Origin: Candidatus Scalindua sp.
GTDB lineage: Bacteria; Planctomycetota; Brocadiia; Brocadiales; Scalinduaceae
Assembly: GCA_031316235.1 (NCBI GenBank)
Contig: JALDRA010000001.1
Span: 2,070,001-2,102,000, forward strand
Reading direction: 5' to 3'
Length of the DNA stretch: 32,000 bases
A model generated the notes under the pieces. The model saw only the letters and a program-made list of their open reading frames with translations, ran no database searches and had not been told where the DNA came from. The stretch's first letter is position 1; each line of letters starts with the position of its first letter. Below are positions 27,645 to 32,000 of the stretch, piece after piece. Position numbers and translations under genes: made by a program.

Positions 27645-28370
27645 ATGATTACGTTAAGGTGGCTGCTGATTATTTCCATCCTCTTAATTCCAGTTTTTAG
27701 TGTTTCTGCTGATAATACGGCCGTTGGGGGTTCTCCGGTTATCAAGTTTGAGGTGGAAGAGAACCTCTTGACCGTAAAGCTGAGTGACATGCCTCTAAAA
27801 AATATTTTTACGGAAATCGCTGATCAGACAGGTATAAAATTTGTTTTTCTCGTATCCTTAGAGAAGACTTTTCATACAGGTTTTTCCCGGTTACCCCTGG
27901 AGAAAGCCCTGAAGCAGTTGCTTCGCGGCTACAACTATTCTATCATATTCGGCTCTGAGAAATCAAAGGGAGGGGAAGAAAAGATCAGAAAGGTAATCGT
28001 TTTATCGGGAGAAGGGGATGGCTATCAGGGAAAAGCGGGAACCTTTAAGGATTTTCCTTCAGATCCAGCACCTGAACCTATGAGCCAAGAGATGTTGCAC
28101 GAGATGGAAAGAGAAGATACTGAAGGACAAAGACAGATTGGTAATGAGGGAGATGAAACTGAAACGAAAACCTCTGGTGGCTCCCTGATAGAGGAGTTTC
28201 CGTTGGAAAATATGGTAGAAGAAGCACCTGAAGAGTTTGACGGGGGCAGAATTCAGGTTCCGCAAGAGGGTGAAACAGAAAACGGGCCCGTAAACGAAGA
28301 GATGCTGCGCGAAATTGAAAGAGAAGAGATGGAAAGAGGGGGAGCAGGTGATGATGAGGAAGGGGTATGA
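27645..28370 (+). CDS. secreted protein with STN/secretin-N-like domain and acidic repeat tail
   Basis: Signal peptide MITLRWLLIISILLIPVFSVSA. LTVKLSDMPLKNIFTEIADQTGIKFVF......F...PLEKALKQLLRGYNYSI resembles STN-type domains. The acidic tail repeats QEMLHEMEREDTEG / EEMLREIEREEMERG. Confidence 0.6.
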   Translation: MITLRWLLIISILLIPVFSVSADNTAVGGSPVIKFEVEENLLTVKLSDMPLKNIFTEIADQTGIKFVFLVSLEKTFHTGFSRLPLEKALKQLLRGYNYSIIFGSEKSKGGEEKIRKVIVLSGEGDGYQGKAGTFKDFPSDPAPEPMSQEMLHEMEREDTEGQRQIGNEGDETETKTSGGSLIEEFPLENMVEEAPEEFDGGRIQVPQEGETENGPVNEEMLREIEREEMERGGAGDDEEGV

Positions 28371-28387
28371 CAGCAAAGAAAGCGTAC

Positions 28388-28528
28388 TATACTAAAACCG
28401 ATTTGGTTTTCGGTTTTGCCGGCAACCAAATCCTGGTGAAGGTATCCCCGGACAAAAAAAGCGCCGAGGACTTTACTCGCTCAAATTTATCTCGGATTTT
28501 ATCCGAAAACCATTATGAGATGAGTATA
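28388..28528 (+). repeat. REP/BIME-like mosaic, most complete copy (modules 1-4)
   Basis: M1 28388-28417 tatactaaaaccgatttggttttcggtttt; M2 28418-28445 gccggcaaccaaatcctggtgaaggtat; M3 28446-28478 ccccggacaaaaaaagcgccgaggactttactc; M4 28479-28528 gctcaaatttatctcggattttatccgaaaaccattatgagatgagtata. Confidence 0.85.
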
Positions 28529-28533
28529 AACTT

Positions 28534-28590
28534 TCAAATCGACTTGAAAAAGAAGTAAATATTTACGAAACAGTTCGCGAACTCAGATAA
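28534..28590 (+). pseudogene. higA 3'-end relic
   Basis: Reads SNRLEKEVNIYETVREL R* against the C-terminus SERLEKEVNIYERVHEPA* of the intact HigA at 31596-31913. Nucleotide similarity continues ~9 nt past the stop (aatcgcat). No upstream higA body is present. Confidence 0.7.
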
Positions 28591-28601
28591 CAATCGCATG
28601 A

Positions 28602-29189
28602 TCATGCCGAGATTAAATCCAAGTTATTGGGAATAGGCGAAAGCCGTTCATGATCAAAATCATCCAGCATATCAAGCGCATGGCTGTAATGCGTGATAAC
28701 TTCTATTAGACCTTTGGCTACATCTGATACGTCGTCAAAACTCGCCACATTGCCCAGAAGTGCCAGAGATTGCTTGAGCTGTTGATACTTGTGTCTGGAT
28801 GCTCTTAAACGCTTTTCATTAATTGTGTAGCCGTCCACGAGATGTTTCTTGAGCACATTCGTCGCCCATATCCTGAACTGTGTGCCACGTCTGGAATTAA
28901 CCCGGTAACCAACCGAAATAATCATATCCAGATTATAAAACTGTGTCTGATACACCTTACCGTCCTCAGCAGTATGTGCAAATTTTGCACATACTGCTTT
29001 TCTTTCTAACTCCTTAGTAATAAATATGTTGCTGACATGTTTGGTGATGACACTTCGTTCAGTATTAAAAAGATCAGCCATCTGCTTTTGATTCAGCCAG
29101 ACGGTTTCCTTCTCAAGCTTGACCTCAAATCTATCTTTATAAATAACAACCTGTCCTTTTGATAATTCTCTGTCTTTCATCACACTCAC
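28602..29189 (-). CDS. RhuM-family protein, probably 3'-truncated
   Basis: GTG start. YKD..VEV.LE.ETVWLNQKQMA.LF....SVI.KH..NIF...EL......AKFA.TA.DGK.Y....YNLD.IISVGYRVNS..G..FR.WAT..LK..L..GY is typical of RhuM. It is 195 aa, and as I recall the family members are ~330 aa. Confidence 0.7.
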   Translation of the reverse strand: MSVMKDRELSKGQVVIYKDRFEVKLEKETVWLNQKQMADLFNTERSVITKHVSNIFITKELERKAVCAKFAHTAEDGKVYQTQFYNLDMIISVGYRVNSRRGTQFRIWATNVLKKHLVDGYTINEKRLRASRHKYQQLKQSLALLGNVASFDDVSDVAKGLIEVITHYSHALDMLDDFDHERLSPIPNNLDLISA

Positions 29190-29792
29190 CTCATACCAAT
29201 CTTACCGGTATTATATGCGGTCATAATAAATGTCCGTCTCTCTTATAAAGGTAAAAACATAAAAAAGAGTAGAAATCTGACCTTTCGTGTAATTCGGTAC
29301 GCCATGAGGCGTACATATGTCAGTTGGTGAAATTCCAACCCGTCAATTGACCGTTCGGACGGTAGCCAAAGAAACGGTAAGTTTCGTGGGAGGGTGTAAT
29401 CAGCGATGAGTGCATCCAAGTTCCCTGTAAGCAAACAGGCAGACCGTAGCGAAAGCGAACACGCTGGCTTCGTTACACCAATGCGATTGGTGAGCCTCCC
29501 GGAGATGGCGAAACCTGTAACTGCATACGAAATAAAACGGTACAAAGGTATGTGGGATCGTCGGAGTTATGAGTGATGGTATGCTTGTAAACGGTATATG
29601 TATGAACATGGGAGGTCTCATTATTCAGGCTGATGACCGTAACGGAATACTATAAGGCTAGCCGAAAAGTATTGTGGGATAATGAGAAGTCGGAGATGCT
29701 CATAGTAGTGATGATAGTGAAGACACTATAACTTCACAGGAGCGAAGGGGCATTACTTCAGTTAGTGTTTACAAAGAAAAGAGGATATTGTA

Positions 29793-31124
29793 TTGGGCGA
29801 CCTACAAACAAGACCTAAATCGCAAATGAGCGATAAGGAAAAAGTCCGAGATTTTCAGCGTAAACTATATCAAAAAGCCAAACAGGAGGAAACATTTCGT
29901 TTTTATGTATTGTATGACAAGGTGAGACTGCCTCATTTTCTAAGAGAATCCTACAAGCGCTGTAAAGCCAATAGAGGAAGCGCCGGAGTAGATGGGAAGA
30001 CATTTGAGGATGTGGAAATATATGGAGTAGACAAGTTCCTTGCTGAAATAGTAGAGGAACTTGAAAACAGAACCTATAAACCACAGCCGGTACTAAGAGT
30101 GTATATAGCTAAAGCCAACAGCAAAACTCGTCCATTGGGAATTCCTGTGATAAAAGACAGGATACTACAGATGGCGGTAAAGCTTGTAATAGAACCGATC
30201 TTTGAGGCGGATTTTGAAGACAGCTCTTATGGTTTTCGACCGAAACGTTCAGCCAAAGGTGCTGTAACGGAAATCAAGAAGAATCTGAGGCTAGGAAAGT
30301 GTGATATTTTTGATGCTGACCTGAGCGCCTACTTCGACACGATTCCACATAAGGAACTGTTAACGCTGGTAGGCAAGAGGATAAGCGACAAAAATGTACT
30401 GCACCTTATAAAAATGTGGTTAAAAGCGCCAGTGATGGAGAACGGCAGACTTACAGGTGGGAAGAAAAACAAGCTCGGAACACCGCAGGGGGGAGTAATT
30501 TCACCATTATTAGCAAACATTTATCTTCATTTGCTCGATAAAGCAGTGAACAGAGAGGGTGGTGCATTCTATCAAAGTGGAATCAAGATCATTCGTTATT
30601 GCGATGATTGGGTATTGATGGCAAAACGAATTCCGCAGAGAGCACTTGACGACCTTAATAAACTGCTAAAGAGGATGAAGCTAAAGCTTAACGAGGATAA
30701 GAGTAATATAGTAAATGCCTTTGATGAGAGCTTTGACTTTCTTGGCCATACTTTCAGGTTTGACGATGATGTGCTTGGTAGAAAGCTTAGGAAGTATTGG
30801 AACGTTGAGCCAAGCTGTAAATCTCAAAAGAAAGTTAGGGAAAAGATAAGAGAGTATCTGTGGCACAATGGGCATAAACCTCCGCAAGATGTAGCTAATG
30901 ATTTGAATACAATAATAAGAGGCTGGATTAATTATTTCTCAATAAAAGGAGTAACGTATCCAGGCAAGGCGAAGAGAAACCTCCGGTATTATCTCAGAGA
31001 GAAATTGGCGAGATATTATAAGAGGAAAAGTCAACGCAAGTGCAAGCTCTATAATCAAGGAGCATGTAAGGTCTTAGTAAGTAGATACGGACTAATCGAC
31101 CCCTCAAAATACGCGCTTATTTGA
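29793..31124 (+). CDS. group II intron reverse transcriptase/maturase (no endonuclease domain)
   Basis: TTG start after AGAGGA. RT blocks: KANRGSAGVDG, RPLGIPVIKDRILQ, SYGFRPKRSA, DADLSAYFDTIPH, GTPQGGVISPLLANIYL, IRYCDDWVLM. Maturase X motif RGWINYF. The C-terminus has no HNH motif. Confidence 0.9.
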   Translation: MGDLQTRPKSQMSDKEKVRDFQRKLYQKAKQEETFRFYVLYDKVRLPHFLRESYKRCKANRGSAGVDGKTFEDVEIYGVDKFLAEIVEELENRTYKPQPVLRVYIAKANSKTRPLGIPVIKDRILQMAVKLVIEPIFEADFEDSSYGFRPKRSAKGAVTEIKKNLRLGKCDIFDADLSAYFDTIPHKELLTLVGKRISDKNVLHLIKMWLKAPVMENGRLTGGKKNKLGTPQGGVISPLLANIYLHLLDKAVNREGGAFYQSGIKIIRYCDDWVLMAKRIPQRALDDLNKLLKRMKLKLNEDKSNIVNAFDESFDFLGHTFRFDDDVLGRKLRKYWNVEPSCKSQKKVREKIREYLWHNGHKPPQDVANDLNTIIRGWINYFSIKGVTYPGKAKRNLRYYLREKLARYYKRKSQRKCKLYNQGACKVLVSRYGLIDPSKYALI

Positions 31125-31158
31125 CTACCTGTGAATACTTGAGATGAAGACTGTCGGA

Positions 31159-31193
31159 AAGCCGTGTGCGGGAAAACCGCATGCACGGTTTGA
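31159..31193 (+). ncRNA. group II intron domain V
   Basis: AAGCCGUGUGCGG-GAAAA-CCGC-AU-GCACGGUUU. It has the AGC catalytic triad at the base, a 2-nt bulge and a GNRA-like loop. Confidence 0.8.
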
Positions 31194-31350
31194 CGAGGGG
31201 GAGTTGGTAATATGGTATGGTTGTAATATTGTGACACTCACAGACGAAAGGGTGAGAAACAGTGAACACAAACTACAGCCTGTAGCTACTGCGCCTGTTC
31301 TCTACTCTACTGCAATCTGTGCCTGGTTACAATGTTGCCGTCTGTTTCAC

Positions 31351-31518
31351 TTATTCATCTTCCGTTTCCGTCTCCGTCTCATCCTCTCCAAAAAGAGCCT
31401 TGCCCATGCGGAATTTGACTTGCCTGTGCGTAGCACGTAAGCAGGTGTCGTAGTTGATGATAAAGTCGAGCTCTTCTTCGGCGAAACTGTAGTGCCAGAA
31501 AAGAGTTTCCGATTTTTT
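31351..31518 (-). pseudogene. C-terminal relic of a DNA methyltransferase / restriction-modification type protein
   Basis: The minus frame reads KKSETLFWHYSFAEEELDFIINYD.......KFRMGKALFGEDETETETEDE*. It resembles the ..LYGLTeeEidFIinyDiKYRMG.. tails that I recall from N6-MTase and type IIG/ISP enzymes. The frame is closed by a stop just upstream, so only ~55 codons remain. Confidence 0.35.
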
Positions 31519-31595
31519 TCATATCAGAATCTTTTTCGAATATAAACTCTATCTCTGAATAGATAAGTCTTGGCCCTTGATATTTAATGCGATTC

Positions 31596-31913
31596 TTATG
31601 CAGGCTCGTGAACTCTTTCGTAAATATTTACTTCTTTTTCGAGTCGCTCTGAAAGTTTATCTTCTGCAATGTCGAGATCGTAATCCATTTGCAAACCAAG
31701 CCAAAACTGTGGGGACATTTTGAAATAATATGCTAAGCGAAGTGCAGTATCAGCGGTAACTCTGCGTTTTCCGTGTACTATTTCATTGATTCTGCGTGGA
31801 GGGACACCAATATCATTGGCCAGCTGATTTTGACTTAATCTCATTGGTTTCAGAAATTCTTCCAAAAGTATCTCTCCAGGATGGATTGGTTTTATTTTTT
31901 CTGTGCTCATCAT
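31596..31913 (-). CDS. higA: HigA-family antitoxin (XRE HTH)
   Basis: PIHPGEILLEEFL.P..LSQNQLA..IGVP..RINEIV.GKR.VTADTALRLA.YF..S.QFWL.LQ..YDL. A strong AGGAGG precedes ATG 31913. Confidence 0.9.
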   Translation of the reverse strand: MMSTEKIKPIHPGEILLEEFLKPMRLSQNQLANDIGVPPRRINEIVHGKRRVTADTALRLAYYFKMSPQFWLGLQMDYDLDIAEDKLSERLEKEVNIYERVHEPA

Positions 31914-31921
31914 ACAACCTC

Positions 31922-31999
31922 CTAATGATAATCAGTTATTTCAACATTTCCTGCTTCACTATCAGACCACTTAAAACAAATTCTCCATTGATCATTTAT
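31922..31999 (-). CDS. higB: HigB-family toxin, C-terminal part (gene runs off the window)
   Basis: The minus frame reads ..INDQWRICFKWSDSEAGNVEITDYH*, the typical HigB/RelE-type tail. Its stop lies 8 nt upstream of the higA start. Confidence 0.75.
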   Translation of the reverse strand: MNDQWRICFKWSDSEAGNVEITDYH

Positions 32000-32000
32000 T

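Larger units (their letters stand above)
29287..31241 (+). mobile_element. group II intron (ribozyme + intron-encoded RT/maturase)
   Basis: The RT/maturase ORF sits in domain IV, and a canonical domain V lies at 31159-31193. A domain VI-like hairpin with a bulged A 7 nt before ..CUCAC ends at 31241. Domain I landmarks include GCGAUGAGU and GCGAAAGC. The 5' end is only approximate (GTGTA at 29287, alternative ATGCG at 29215). Confidence 0.8.

Noticed and set aside
27455-27790. Minus-strand ORF of 111 aa
   Set aside because: It overlaps the start and signal peptide of the better-supported plus-strand gene at 27645..28370 and has a low-complexity composition.
139-28528. Whether the recurring ~28-30-nt units could be a CRISPR array
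   Set aside because: The units are scattered across intergenic regions. They occur in both orientations, directly abut each other without unique spacers of regular length, and form mosaics. No cas genes are present.
29243-29621. Minus-strand ORFs 29243..29545 and 29400..29621
   Set aside because: They lie inside domain I of the group II intron ribozyme on the opposite strand and have no recognisable motifs.
31144-31440. Plus-strand ORF of 98 aa
   Set aside because: It spans intron domains V and VI and the 3' junction, and then runs antisense to the methyltransferase relic. It is an artefact of structured RNA sequence.

Overview
The window reads like chromosome from an anammox-type planctomycete. 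That placement is an inference from an octaheme HAO-like cytochrome, System II cytochrome c maturation genes, weak Shine-Dalgarno usage and a moderately AT-rich sequence. From 0.1 to 23.1 kb the supported features are minus-strand only. In plus-coordinate order they are an RND-pump relic, an aldo/keto reductase, DUF2024, a Mug-like glycosylase overlapping DUF488, an octaheme HAO-like cytochrome next to an NDH-2-type flavoprotein, korAB, a second DUF2024, three consecutive ion transporters, ccsB-ccsA and a lipoprotein PPIase. The three transporters are a ClC-CBS protein, a 1535-aa acidic-repeat/CPA2 fusion and a SulP-STAS protein with an extra C-terminal domain. The plus strand then carries pepA, uvrA and a secreted acidic protein. 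The last 3.6 kb is a decayed accessory patch holding a higA relic, a truncated RhuM gene, a group II intron with an intact RT/maturase, a methyltransferase C-terminal relic and higBA running off the edge. Operon boundaries are punctuated by a modular family of REP/BIME-like hairpin repeats joined at (A/G)GTATA(C), with at least 9 loci. I found no rRNA, tRNA or CRISPR array. The leads most worth follow-up are the giant polyacidic-repeat/antiporter fusion, the ClC with a non-canonical selectivity filter, the SulP with a PII-like tail, a UvrA lacking the insertion domain, and the repeat family. All family assignments rest on motifs read by eye and on hand alignments. No database search was run.
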